Shown here: positions 9,227 through 17,792 of the stretch, one piece after another
How the letters are laid out: each line of letters starts with the position of its first letter
Numbering within the stretch: the first letter of the stretch is position 1
DNA from: an uncultured virus (IMG/VR IMGVR_UViG_3300025151_000021)
Lineage: Duplodnaviria > Heunggongvirae > Uroviricota > Caudoviricetes
Strand: one strand, 5' to 3'
DNA: 27,051 nt
IMG/VR virus record: IMGVR_UViG_3300025151_000021
Notes under the pieces: generated by a model
What the model saw: only the letters and a program-made list of their open reading frames with translations
Database searches by the model: none
Told to the model about the DNA's origin: nothing
Program-made: the position numbers and the translations under genes

Positions 9227-9304
9227 CTAAAATCTCCTTCTTGGGGAATCTAACCATTTGATTAATTGTCTCAAAAATACCAACCCCAATAGTAGTTCAA
9301 CCAT
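9227..9304 (-). CDS. Possible 25-aa microprotein (MVELLLGLVFLRQLIKWLDSPRRRF)
   Basis: Manual translation; TGATG overlap with the RFC stop; fills the gap. Confidence 0.4.
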   Translation of the reverse strand: MVELLLGLVFLRQLIKWLDSPRRRF

Positions 9305-10221
9305 CAAATCATCTGACCTATCATCCATGAAGCAAGCAACTTTGGAGTCATACTATTGCTCCTCCACTCTGCCTCTCCGACAACCCTTAGCATTTTGAAC
9401 TTCTTGGTTGCTGGCATATCCGTCTTAATGATAACATCATGCAAGTTAATGCATATAGTCTTCATGTCAACCGATTCATATAACAAGTCATGCACCTTAC
9501 CTAAAGAATTTTCATAGTTATTTTCATCAATCATTTGCAATATTTCAGTATAAGGTTCCTGATTCTTGTTTATTTGGTTTAAGATGGAGGACTTACTAAA
9601 GATTACAGCCTGAAGTTCGGTAAGCCCCCGCCTCATATCTCCGTGTAGGGACTCTATGAAGATTTCTAAGTCCTCATCGGAAATATGCGAAATCTCTTCT
9701 CTTTCCAGTATATCTGAGAGCAATTTATGCATCGTTCTCGTCTGCAATCTCTCAAACCTGTAATTAGCACATCTCGATTGTAAGGGATGTATTATCTTGA
9801 ATCTGTCATTGCAGGTTATGATAAACCTACAGTTATCAGAATATCTCTCCATTATTCTCTTGAGGGCATTCTGAGCATCCTTCGTCATACCATCCATCTC
9901 ATCAAGAAGTATAATCTTGAAAGGAGCATCACCTATCTTTCTAGTGGAGGCAATCTCCTTGATTTGATTCCTGACTGTTTCTAGTCTTCTATCGTCTGAT
10001 GCATTGATTTCAAAGAAGTTGTTATCCACATCCCCCTTGAGAATATCATTCGCCAATGCAATACCAGCAGCAGTTTTACCCACACCTGCTATTCCATACA
10101 GCAGAACATTAGGCATATTGCCTTGCTCTACCCAACTCTCTGCATCGATAGTGAAGTTGTATTGACCTACAACATCACCTAATTTCTTTGGTCTATATTT
10201 TTCTGTCCATAGCATTTTCAT
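9304..10221 (-). CDS. rfcS: Replication factor C small subunit (clamp loader)
   Basis: WTEKYRP, GIAGVGKT, EINASDDR, ILLDEMD, SRC and GDMRR motifs. Confidence 0.95.
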   Translation of the reverse strand: MKMLWTEKYRPKKLGDVVGQYNFTIDAESWVEQGNMPNVLLYGIAGVGKTAAGIALANDILKGDVDNNFFEINASDDRRLETVRNQIKEIASTRKIGDAPFKIILLDEMDGMTKDAQNALKRIMERYSDNCRFIITCNDRFKIIHPLQSRCANYRFERLQTRTMHKLLSDILEREEISHISDEDLEIFIESLHGDMRRGLTELQAVIFSKSSILNQINKNQEPYTEILQMIDENNYENSLGKVHDLLYESVDMKTICINLHDVIIKTDMPATKKFKMLRVVGEAEWRSNSMTPKLLASWMIGQMI

Positions 10222-10230
10222 TCCTCATTT

Positions 10231-11085
10231 TTAATCCAGCCACTTTGACAGTGTGGCAACTGGTTGAACCGGGGTTCGCTTTGTTCGTCTCTTCTTCTCA
10301 CCCAATTTCAAAACTCTAAGTTCTGCGTTACCTAAGTTGTTTCTACAGTAGTCCTTAAAATCGTCGTTTTTTAGTAAGTCTTTGAAAAGATATCTTTGAG
10401 AAGGGCGCATTTTTAACTTCCGTAAAATTTTCGGTATTATAGAATACGCCTTTCTTTGTGGTGGTGTCATCTTTCGATGCATCCTACCATCATGAGCATA
10501 GGCCAACATTTCGTAAAAGTATGACTTATCCCATTTCCTCTTGACCTTCGCATCCAAAAACATCAACTTGTTAGGATGGATGTTTGGTGCTAACCAAGAT
10601 ATGAATTGCACATCAGCAGGTTCACTTACCTTCAACTGATTCATTATTTTCTCTCTATCAGGGTTTCTAAGATAGTCTCCAACCATTGTAAAGATATCAA
10701 CATCATAATTGTATGGCTCATCAGAACGTGGTGCTATCTCCTTTATCTCATCGAAGAGGGACTTCTTAGTTGCTCTATTCAACTTACACATATTGTATAG
10801 TTTCTTAGGAACGTCCTTTTGATTGATAGAGGTCAGTACCACTTGGCCCTTATACTCAAGCATGGTCTTCCTGATTGCCTCTACGTTTGGTTTGTAATTA
10901 CATTCTCTGATGATGATACCCCTATCAGGAGGTATGGAGAAATTATCCTCGATGTCATATTCATTAGCATAAACAATAATCGGATTATCAGATACGAGTT
11001 TCCTCGCTTTTTCCATTTTGTCTGTTCCGTCTTTGCCAACTATTATTATCGTTCTATTCTGATTCTTCATATTCAATAGGCTCAT
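10231..11085 (-). CDS. Putative degenerate RFC large subunit-like protein
   Basis: Directly upstream of rfcS; eroded P-loop IIIVGKDGTDKM; PIP-like C-terminus VATLSKWLD. Confidence 0.5.
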   Translation of the reverse strand: MSLLNMKNQNRTIIIVGKDGTDKMEKARKLVSDNPIIVYANEYDIEDNFSIPPDRGIIIRECNYKPNVEAIRKTMLEYKGQVVLTSINQKDVPKKLYNMCKLNRATKKSLFDEIKEIAPRSDEPYNYDVDIFTMVGDYLRNPDREKIMNQLKVSEPADVQFISWLAPNIHPNKLMFLDAKVKRKWDKSYFYEMLAYAHDGRMHRKMTPPQRKAYSIIPKILRKLKMRPSQRYLFKDLLKNDDFKDYCRNNLGNAELRVLKLGEKKRRTKRTPVQPVATLSKWLD

Positions 11086-11374
11086 TGATAACCCTCACTT
11101 CCATTATCTCTTCGTAGGCTTTTCCACAAGCCCCACAATCAACTAAAATGACATACCACTTTAGTTCGTTTTCTTCTTTTACACCCGCCTCATAAGCGAA
11201 TGATTTGTTGCCACATTCTCTGCATCCTTCCGTTACTCTCTTCAGAGTATGATATGTGATTATATCATCATCAGTAACGTGTGGCTTACTAGGATTAGGT
11301 GTCAGTAGTTTTAGTCTACAGACACTGCATGTGCTACTATCAGTCTCTCTAAGATTACACTTAGAACATAGCAT
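11054..11374 (-). CDS. Double Zn-ribbon protein
   Basis: Four CxxC pairs (CSKC, CSVC, CREC, CGAC). Confidence 0.65.
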   Translation of the reverse strand: MLCSKCNLRETDSSTCSVCRLKLLTPNPSKPHVTDDDIITYHTLKRVTEGCRECGNKSFAYEAGVKEENELKWYVILVDCGACGKAYEEIMEVRVINEPIEYEESE

Positions 11375-11766
11375 CAGAGAACACCCTTCATCTTCAGTAT
11401 CTCATCCAATCCCTTTGATGTCAGATGCTCTTTGCTCATTATCATGAATGTTGTTTTTGCGAGTATGTCCCAATCCGCATTAGATGGTAAATCCAGTGGT
11501 AGTAGATTGATTAACTTCATTACCTCTGAAAGTGAACTGACTATCAGTATGGGTTTCTTTCTCGCTGAGTGTTCCTCATCACGATACTTACTTTCAATTT
11601 CGTGCTGTAATAGGCTTCTCTGTACTGCCTTCAGGAATTCTTCAGTTCCCCTCAGACAAACTCGTACCCTTACCCTGTACCCTATCTGAGTGCCATTTCT
11701 GACAACGCTAACTTCCGGATTCCCATGTGAGAGAAATACTCCCTGTAGGAAGTCTCTGCTGTACAT
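11374..11766 (-). CDS. Stand-alone LAGLIDADG-like domain protein
   Basis: FLQGVFLSHGN helix, GYRVRVRVCL strand, and KEHLTSKGLDEILKMK tail typical of single-motif LAGLIDADG proteins. Confidence 0.7.
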   Translation of the reverse strand: MYSRDFLQGVFLSHGNPEVSVVRNGTQIGYRVRVRVCLRGTEEFLKAVQRSLLQHEIESKYRDEEHSARKKPILIVSSLSEVMKLINLLPLDLPSNADWDILAKTTFMIMSKEHLTSKGLDEILKMKGVL

Positions 11767-11790
11767 GTGCGTCCGAGGGTAAAGATGTCA

Positions 11791-13320
11791 TTATATGTTA
11801 CTACAGTATTCACGAATATCATCGATTGTGTTGCAGTCTGCTGGATATTTGTCATCCCTTATTCTCACGATTCTAGGAAACCTAAGACCATATGTTCCAT
11901 CTTGATTCCTAGTGACTGCATCGCAGGTTATCTCTAATACCGTTCTTGGTAATACATGGTATGTGCCATCTGAGTATGAATCTACATTCCTCTTCAGGGA
12001 AACAGATAACCTGTCCATTTCTGTTTCTGTGATTCCTGTCCCAACACTTCCGACCTCCACGAATCCATTATCGCCTATGACTGATACACCATAGGTTGCG
12101 ATGAACCCCGCTCTTTTGCCACTACCATGTTTGCCTGATGTAATCACAACATCTAACTCGATTCTAGGTGGTTTGTACTTGAGAAGGGAACTTGTTCTCT
12201 TTGACTCGTAAACAGCATCTAGGTCTTTTATCATTATACCTTCAAACCCACCGTTGATAGCAACGTTATACGCTGCCTCTATATTGTTATGGGTAAACAT
12301 CATTGCTTGATATTCTTCAGGCACGAACTTCTTCATTATCTCTAAGCGAATGTCATATATTTCATTCAACTGAGAGTTACCTAAGTAAGACATACAATCG
12401 AATACTACAAGTCTAACAGGACATTCAGATATTGCTTTCTGTTTATCCTTTGAGTGAACCCTAGTTCCTAGTTTCTGATGAGCCTCCGGATTACCATGTT
12501 CATCAATAGGATATATCTCACAATCAATCACGAATTTCTCTGTCTCAAACTTGCTAACTATAGAAACAATATCAGGATACTGGTCTGTGACAATCTTTCC
12601 CTTTCGATTGAATATAATTACGTCATTGAATTTGTGTATTTGATATCTGTTACCATCATACTTGGTATCTATGATGTATCTATCAGGTAACTTACTCTTG
12701 TACGGTTTAGCCAACATCGGTTTGATGTACGAACCATGAACATGTGCTGGTGGTTCCTTTCCATTATCTAAGTACATAATCATAGAACTCAATGAATTGG
12801 ACTTTGAATATACAGACACATCAGTATCATACAAAGCAGACATTGCTTTCTCAACTGTGCTGGTGTTGACCCCATTCCTTGGGGTTCTCAGCCAATATCG
12901 TATGAACCATTTCACCTCTAAGGTAGACATGCCCATTATGGCACTCTCAATGTTCTCAAATGCTAGTGAGTTTATCTTAGAGCAATCCAGTTCCAGTAAA
13001 TCCAACAAGCCCTGTAGTGTAATAGTAGAATCAGTTCTCTTTGAATTCAGGAACTCAAGCATACCCTCTCCTAAGTCTAGCCATTTCTCTGCTTCCTCAA
13101 CTATCTCATCCTCAAAAACATTGAACATTGATGCCAACCATTTGATTGCCTTCTTCTCACCAATGTTATTGTTGTCATACTCCAATGATAGTATTCTAAC
13201 CATCGTTGTTCTATCTGCTGTAGATAGACTAGACAATGTAGAAGATAGTATCTGTTTCTTTCTTGTTGGTGTGACGTTCTCTATTGACTCACACATCCGA
13301 CTGAATGTTATCATGCTCAT
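11791..13320 (-). CDS. lig: ATP-dependent DNA ligase
   Basis: KPMLA, motif I KYDGNR, IDCEI, VFDCM, EGIMIK, KYK and LRFPRIVRIRDDK. Confidence 0.95.
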   Translation of the reverse strand: MSMITFSRMCESIENVTPTRKKQILSSTLSSLSTADRTTMVRILSLEYDNNNIGEKKAIKWLASMFNVFEDEIVEEAEKWLDLGEGMLEFLNSKRTDSTITLQGLLDLLELDCSKINSLAFENIESAIMGMSTLEVKWFIRYWLRTPRNGVNTSTVEKAMSALYDTDVSVYSKSNSLSSMIMYLDNGKEPPAHVHGSYIKPMLAKPYKSKLPDRYIIDTKYDGNRYQIHKFNDVIIFNRKGKIVTDQYPDIVSIVSKFETEKFVIDCEIYPIDEHGNPEAHQKLGTRVHSKDKQKAISECPVRLVVFDCMSYLGNSQLNEIYDIRLEIMKKFVPEEYQAMMFTHNNIEAAYNVAINGGFEGIMIKDLDAVYESKRTSSLLKYKPPRIELDVVITSGKHGSGKRAGFIATYGVSVIGDNGFVEVGSVGTGITETEMDRLSVSLKRNVDSYSDGTYHVLPRTVLEITCDAVTRNQDGTYGLRFPRIVRIRDDKYPADCNTIDDIREYCSNI

Positions 13321-13531
13321 TTCTATTCCTCAATATCTTATCTAGTGCCTTATGCACATCTTCCATCTCTTTCATATTCATTCTAACGCCCTTCTTAGTG
13401 GGCTGACTACTTACATGCCATCTAATATCTACAATGTCTATATTGTAGAAGTTTCCTGTTCTTATTATCAACTCATTTGTTGCATCTCTTGCTATTCTTA
13501 GTATTATTTTTTCATCCTTCAAGCCAACCAC
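13289..13531 (-). CDS. PC4/Sub1-like ssDNA-binding protein
   Basis: VDIRWH...PTKKGVRM matches the PC4 signature DIR...PxKKG. Confidence 0.75.
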   Translation of the reverse strand: MVGLKDEKIILRIARDATNELIIRTGNFYNIDIVDIRWHVSSQPTKKGVRMNMKEMEDVHKALDKILRNRNEHDNIQSDV

Positions 13532-13925
13532 CCTTAAATTGTTGTAGATTCTTCCACGATTTGAAGTATCGAGGAGACTCTTGTGCGTCTATCCTATGTG
13601 CTACCCATACTACACCACCAAGACTGCTAATCTTGACTAACTCGTATGTTCTTCCTTCAACATCAAACATATCCTCAGTCTCTATGTCAGGAACCAACCC
13701 AAACTTCTGAGACAGTTCGTTAGCAATCTCATCCATATGTTCAGCGATATACTGAACAATCAGATGACGTTGTATTGGCACTTTGGCATCGACTGTAACT
13801 TTGATTTTACCTTCCATCTCACAGACCCTACACTTGTTACCCTCACAAATTGGACAAGGTATCTCCGCAGGAAGCGGGGCAGGAAAGCGAATAGTTACTG
13901 CTTTCTTCATTGTCTGCCATCCCAC
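13512..13925 (-). CDS. Hypothetical Zn-finger protein
   Basis: CPICEGNKCRVCEMEG, DnaJ-like CxxCxG repeats. Confidence 0.65.
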   Translation of the reverse strand: MGWQTMKKAVTIRFPAPLPAEIPCPICEGNKCRVCEMEGKIKVTVDAKVPIQRHLIVQYIAEHMDEIANELSQKFGLVPDIETEDMFDVEGRTYELVKISSLGGVVWVAHRIDAQESPRYFKSWKNLQQFKGGWLEG

Positions 13926-14380
13926 ACTCTGTAAACTACTTCGTACTCAACTGTGACATCGAATGGGAAGGCTGCAAAGTGCAGGGTAGCATTGCCGAAC
14001 TCAGGAGCAAAGCCACTAGACCAATACTTGTCGCCTTGAACTAAGTAGCCTTGCATGTTGACCCAACTGTAATTACTGAATATAACTGAGTTATTAACGA
14101 CCTCGAAAGATAGATGAGTTATATTGTAAAGGAACGATTGAACCTCAATCGCACCGTATGTTGTATTAACATCTACCCAAATAGTAGGTGCATGAATTAT
14201 GGTTTCATTGCTACTGTTATCCATAACAAGAGTGAACTCTCCTGTCATAGAAATCCAGTCTGCTTGTGTTGTTTGTCCTTCAAACTCTTCTTCAGGTGGG
14301 TCAGGCAATGCTTCAGTGCAACCAGCAACTAGAACAGCAGTTAGCAACATAGCAAGTGTTTTCTTCATAGTATGTGACAT
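13907..14380 (-). CDS. Predicted lipoprotein
   Basis: MKKTLAMLLTAVLVAGC signal with lipobox; several NxS/T sequons. Confidence 0.65.
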   Translation of the reverse strand: MSHTMKKTLAMLLTAVLVAGCTEALPDPPEEEFEGQTTQADWISMTGEFTLVMDNSSNETIIHAPTIWVDVNTTYGAIEVQSFLYNITHLSFEVVNNSVIFSNYSWVNMQGYLVQGDKYWSSGFAPEFGNATLHFAAFPFDVTVEYEVVYRVWDGRQ

Positions 14381-14408
14381 GTCTATCGTGTCTCGCAGTG
14401 ATGGCTAG

Positions 14409-14420
14409 GATATATATCTT
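14409..14420 (-). promoter_or_regulatory. Candidate archaeal TATA box
   Basis: AAGATATATATC about 30 nt upstream of ATG 14380, in one of the few intergenic gaps; no SD, so possibly a leaderless or short-leader transcript. Confidence 0.45.
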
Positions 14421-14429
14421 ACACCAAAA

Positions 14430-14501
14430 TCATTCAAAGATGAATCCAAATTCCTCTAGTGTCGTCTGTCTGCTATTCTCTAGTGTCAATATTTCTCTCA
14501 T
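14430..14501 (-). CDS. 23-aa PIP-box micropeptide (MREILTLENSRQTTLEEFGFIFE)
   Basis: Strong SD GAGGTGA 6 nt before the ATG; contains QTTLEEF. Not in the ORF track. Confidence 0.55.
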   Translation of the reverse strand: MREILTLENSRQTTLEEFGFIFE

Positions 14502-14667
14502 AATCTATCACCTCTTTATTCTTGTTGTACTTCTTCATGTACTGCTTCTTGAGGAACGCAATCCTCTCATCATCGTGTTTTCTATCTCTCGGTTGAGTAG
14601 TAAGTAGTTTAATGATTTCATCCAACTTTCTTTCCACTGCTCTTTCATGTCTATTATATCTCTTCAT
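14473..14667 (-). CDS. Small basic hypothetical protein
   Basis: 64 aa; ATGA overlap with the upstream gene. Confidence 0.5.
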   Translation of the reverse strand: MKRYNRHERAVERKLDEIIKLLTTQPRDRKHDDERIAFLKKQYMKKYNKNKEVIDYERNIDTRE

Positions 14668-14939
14668 ATTCCCAAATCCTTGTGTGCTATCATGCTACTA
14701 GCGACTACACTTAGCGCAAACTCTCTAGTATATCCCATCTTTTCATTTGCTTTATCACATGCTTCTTGGCATTCTTTCTCTGTTGTTCCCCAATAGTAAG
14801 GTAGTGAACCGGGTTCACCCCCATTTCTACATGGGATATGTCCGGCCACACCTTCGTAAACCATACTTGGAATGTAGTGCTTGACACCATCAATAACATC
14901 GTAGTCGCCTCCTACCCAATATACAAATTTGTTACTCAT
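14664..14939 (-). CDS. Hypothetical protein
   Basis: 91 aa; ATGA-coupled. Confidence 0.6.
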   Translation of the reverse strand: MSNKFVYWVGGDYDVIDGVKHYIPSMVYEGVAGHIPCRNGGEPGSLPYYWGTTEKECQEACDKANEKMGYTREFALSVVASSMIAHKDLGI

Positions 14940-15235
14940 TCCTTCACCACCGACTTAGGGAAGAACACATCTTCCCAAACTGTCATTTCTGCTTCTGTCA
15001 TCTTGGTTGTAAAGATAGTACCACTTCGTAGATGTACCTCTACTTCGTATGTGTTCTTCTTCAGCATACCCTCTTGAATCTCAACGACAGAATAGGCAGA
15101 TACCTCTGCCATATTCAGTGTAGTTTCTCCTGCGGTTGTATTTAGTTTGTAGAATTTATCTTTCATTCTTCTTCCTCTCCATCTTCTATGTTTTCTAGAA
15201 CCCAATCTATTTGCCACATCACGCTCTCCATACAC
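14936..15235 (-). CDS. Hypothetical protein (true start may be MKDKF at 15166)
   Basis: ORF track; C-terminal part resembles small beta-rich viral proteins. Confidence 0.5.
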   Translation of the reverse strand: MYGERDVANRLGSRKHRRWRGRRMKDKFYKLNTTAGETTLNMAEVSAYSVVEIQEGMLKKNTYEVEVHLRSGTIFTTKMTEAEMTVWEDVFFPKSVVKE

Positions 15236-15345
15236 TCAATCCATAAATCAACATCATAATCCCAACCGCCCTGTCTTTTTCTCCGATACTCTGTATCTAA
15301 GCCATTTTGCATTCGTTTTCTTAGTTCCTTCATCTGTTTGTTCAT
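15163..15345 (-). CDS. Hypothetical protein
   Basis: 60 aa; ATGA overlaps at both ends. Confidence 0.5.
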   Translation of the reverse strand: MNKQMKELRKRMQNGLDTEYRRKRQGGWDYDVDLWIECMESVMWQIDWVLENIEDGEEEE

Positions 15346-15893
15346 TCTTCTTCACCATCCAATACATCTTTAGCGACCTTTGCCCACTCAGGCTCTTCAA
15401 TAGTTTGCTGTTGGTAGATACCGTACTGAACCTTCTTTGCCATACCTGTCTTACATTCATAAGCGATAAACTCGTCGCTACCTAGAACAGTTGCACTCTT
15501 CAGAACTCTCTTCCATGTGTTGATTGTCTTCCAATCAGTACCACTGAAGAAAGCCTGACCGAATGGATGTGTGTGTATCCAACACTTCAATGGTAACTTC
15601 ATACCACTGAGTTGCTCCTCTTGGTCCTTGAAACTAACAAATCCGAATGTACCAACACTAACGAATAGTTGGTCTTCTGCATCTACAATGACTTGTACCT
15701 CTCTAGGAGAGTCAAATGCATTCAGAGACTTGTTCCATATTATAGTATAGAACAATTCTGTATCAGGGTCAGGGAAAGGATATTTGAAATCTATCTCATT
15801 GAACACCGTCTTGATGTCCTCAATCCAATTCTCATCCTTTATCTCTAATCCTTGTATTCCATTATTATCATATTCTGTTTCATCTGTTTTCAT
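15342..15893 (-). CDS. JAB/MPN+ (JAMM) metalloprotease
   Basis: REVQVIVD (catalytic Glu) ... WIHTHPFGQAFFSGTD, the HxH-x7-S-x2-D motif. Confidence 0.88.
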   Translation of the reverse strand: MKTDETEYDNNGIQGLEIKDENWIEDIKTVFNEIDFKYPFPDPDTELFYTIIWNKSLNAFDSPREVQVIVDAEDQLFVSVGTFGFVSFKDQEEQLSGMKLPLKCWIHTHPFGQAFFSGTDWKTINTWKRVLKSATVLGSDEFIAYECKTGMAKKVQYGIYQQQTIEEPEWAKVAKDVLDGEEE

Positions 15894-16081
15894 TTTAATT
15901 CCTCCATTGCCTGTTTCAATCTAGTTGGCAAAACTATTGTCATATTGCATTCACTGCAACATGTGCCGTCATTGATAGGTTGAGCATTATGCCCACCTGA
16001 CCAATATGGTTTTCCATCCTCTTTGTATTGTATATCGATATTCTTACCACATATACTACATGTCTTCATTTCTATTTCCAT
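15890..16081 (-). CDS. Small Zn-finger protein
   Basis: CSICG...GHNAQP...CCSECN. Confidence 0.65.
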   Translation of the reverse strand: MEIEMKTCSICGKNIDIQYKEDGKPYWSGGHNAQPINDGTCCSECNMTIVLPTRLKQAMEELK

Positions 16082-16324
16082 TCATACTCCTCCTAAGTTT
16101 TCTATTATTACATCCATTGAGTTCTCAAACTCATGGAATGCTCTGTGACCTGCAATGAATCCACCTGCATGTCTCTTCGTTCCCAAGAACTCCTCGCCAC
16201 AAGCAGGACAGCAAACCTTGACTATCTCTGCTTGGATGTAATATCCATCTGTGGCAATTATGTTCTGTATGTGTCCTATGTCTTCCTCTGTCAAATCCTC
16301 TACGGGGCTGTTATCTTCTGTCAT
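16082..16324 (-). CDS. Small C2H2-like Zn-finger protein
   Basis: CPACGEEF...HRAFH. Confidence 0.6.
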   Translation of the reverse strand: MTEDNSPVEDLTEEDIGHIQNIIATDGYYIQAEIVKVCCPACGEEFLGTKRHAGGFIAGHRAFHEFENSMDVIIENLGGV

Positions 16325-16620
16325 GCTTTCACCTTCATATATTGTCGAAGTGATTTGATTGGTCTTGGTGGGGCCAATCGAGGTTCTTCAACAGTAACCC
16401 CTTGTTTTTTCTTCAACTTCTCTGCTAGTTCATCGTTCTCTTTTACACTAACACCATGTTTTTTGATGTAAGGTAGCAACGTGTTTCTTCTGTACTCTTC
16501 CTTCCACATTACCTGTATGCAGTCGTGGCACAGTCTACCATTCCTCGCTTGTTCCTCGGATGGTTCTCTGTACTCAGCACCACAGAGGGTCTTGTCTAAT
16601 ATTTGAAAATGGATAATCAT
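16321..16620 (-). CDS. Hypothetical Zn-binding protein
   Basis: H...TLCG...CHDC; ATGA-coupled. Confidence 0.6.
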   Translation of the reverse strand: MIIHFQILDKTLCGAEYREPSEEQARNGRLCHDCIQVMWKEEYRRNTLLPYIKKHGVSVKENDELAEKLKKKQGVTVEEPRLAPPRPIKSLRQYMKVKA

Positions 16621-16772
16621 TCCTCCTCACCCATTTTATCCCTTAGTTGTTCTATTTCCTTGACTAACCATCTAACAGTAGCAGGGTCAACGCTTCTTCT
16701 GTTTACTATCTGTAGGGCTTTCTCTAGTCCTCTTAGTTTTCCTGTCAGGTAGTGTTTGTAATCAGGAGTCAT
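16617..16772 (-). CDS. 51-aa hypothetical protein (MTPDYKHYLTGKLRGLEKAL...GEEE)
   Basis: Manual translation; ATGA overlaps on both sides; below the ORF-track cutoff. Confidence 0.55.
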   Translation of the reverse strand: MTPDYKHYLTGKLRGLEKALQIVNRRSVDPATVRWLVKEIEQLRDKMGEEE

Positions 16773-17023
16773 TCTTCTTTCTCCTTGTATGCTGGATGCT
16801 TCTTTGGCAACCTGTGCAGTCTCTTCTCTATCTTATTGTTAATCATAGATGCAACTTCATTGACACCATCCTCCCAACGCTTTTCCAGTTGAGAGTAATA
16901 CTTGTCGCCTTTGTGTTGAAGCACCATCTTCTCCTCTAAGTCAGACAAGTCAATCTTATCCATGAGGTGTTTGAATACCTCATATTCAACATGTACCTTT
17001 GAACTCGCTCTCATACTATCCAC
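16769..17023 (-). CDS. Hypothetical protein
   Basis: 84-aa coupled ORF. Confidence 0.55.
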   Translation of the reverse strand: MDSMRASSKVHVEYEVFKHLMDKIDLSDLEEKMVLQHKGDKYYSQLEKRWEDGVNEVASMINNKIEKRLHRLPKKHPAYKEKEE

Positions 17024-17198
17024 TCACCATTTCCAATACACCAACCGTGTCATTCGACTCTGCTATCCACACATATTGGATTTCATCTTCTTTTCTTTTT
17101 CCCATTTCCCTTAGAGAGTAATAGATTTTCTTGTCTGTATAATGCTCATCAAGAAAACTATCTATCTCTTCAGGATATCCATATAATTTTATTATCAT
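17016..17198 (-). CDS. Hypothetical protein
   Basis: 60-aa coupled ORF. Confidence 0.5.
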   Translation of the reverse strand: MIIKLYGYPEEIDSFLDEHYTDKKIYYSLREMGKRKEDEIQYVWIAESNDTVGVLEMVSG

Positions 17199-17791
17199 AG
17201 GTTCACCATCTTCATATCTATCACATCTTCATTGTCATTGAACCATCTCTGAATCCACTGGACACCCATGCTTGCAATCACCATGTTCATGCAGTTGATG
17301 TCCTTCGCACTTCCATCCCAATCCTGTGCTTGGCAAGAGAAGGAACCCTCTTCACCAATCAACAATGTGTCCATCATCTTGGGGTCAGTCTTGTATGAAA
17401 TCAACGCTGCGTTTCTACCTGTTGAACGCAAATCTAGCCACTTCAACTTAGCATCTGACCCGAACCCCTGCCGATACAACAAACGCCTCACAGCGAGGTT
17501 GTCTGCACAACATACCACCAAGTCATATCCGTGTAACTGCTTGTCAAGTAGAACATTGAATGGTTGGGCATTGATACCTGAGATACACTCAACTTTCTTC
17601 TCACCAATATCCGACTCATCATATGCTTGATATCCAAGATTCTTGGTATCAACAGTGTCAGCGTCGTATACAGTAATATCATACAGATGAGTACCGGGTT
17701 TGTTTGTTCTTTGTGCCTGATTCATTCTCTTCAGGAACTGAGCCAAATAACTTCCAATGCCACCTGCTCCTATTATCATTATCTTCCTCAT
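17195..17791 (-). CDS. ThiF/MoeB/E1-like adenylyltransferase
   Basis: IMIIGAGGIGS, YDADTVDTKNLGYQ, GEKKV, DLVVCCADNLAVRR, candidate catalytic Cys in FSCQ. Start placed at MRKIM (17791); the ORF track gives 17812. Confidence 0.92.
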   Translation of the reverse strand: MRKIMIIGAGGIGSYLAQFLKRMNQAQRTNKPGTHLYDITVYDADTVDTKNLGYQAYDESDIGEKKVECISGINAQPFNVLLDKQLHGYDLVVCCADNLAVRRLLYRQGFGSDAKLKWLDLRSTGRNAALISYKTDPKMMDTLLIGEEGSFSCQAQDWDGSAKDINCMNMVIASMGVQWIQRWFNDNEDVIDMKMVNL

Positions 17792-17792
17792 T

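Noticed and set aside
14711..17682. Alternative-frame minus ORFs 14711-14899, 15254-15460 and 17488-17682
   Set aside because: Each is nested in or overlaps better-supported, translationally coupled genes.
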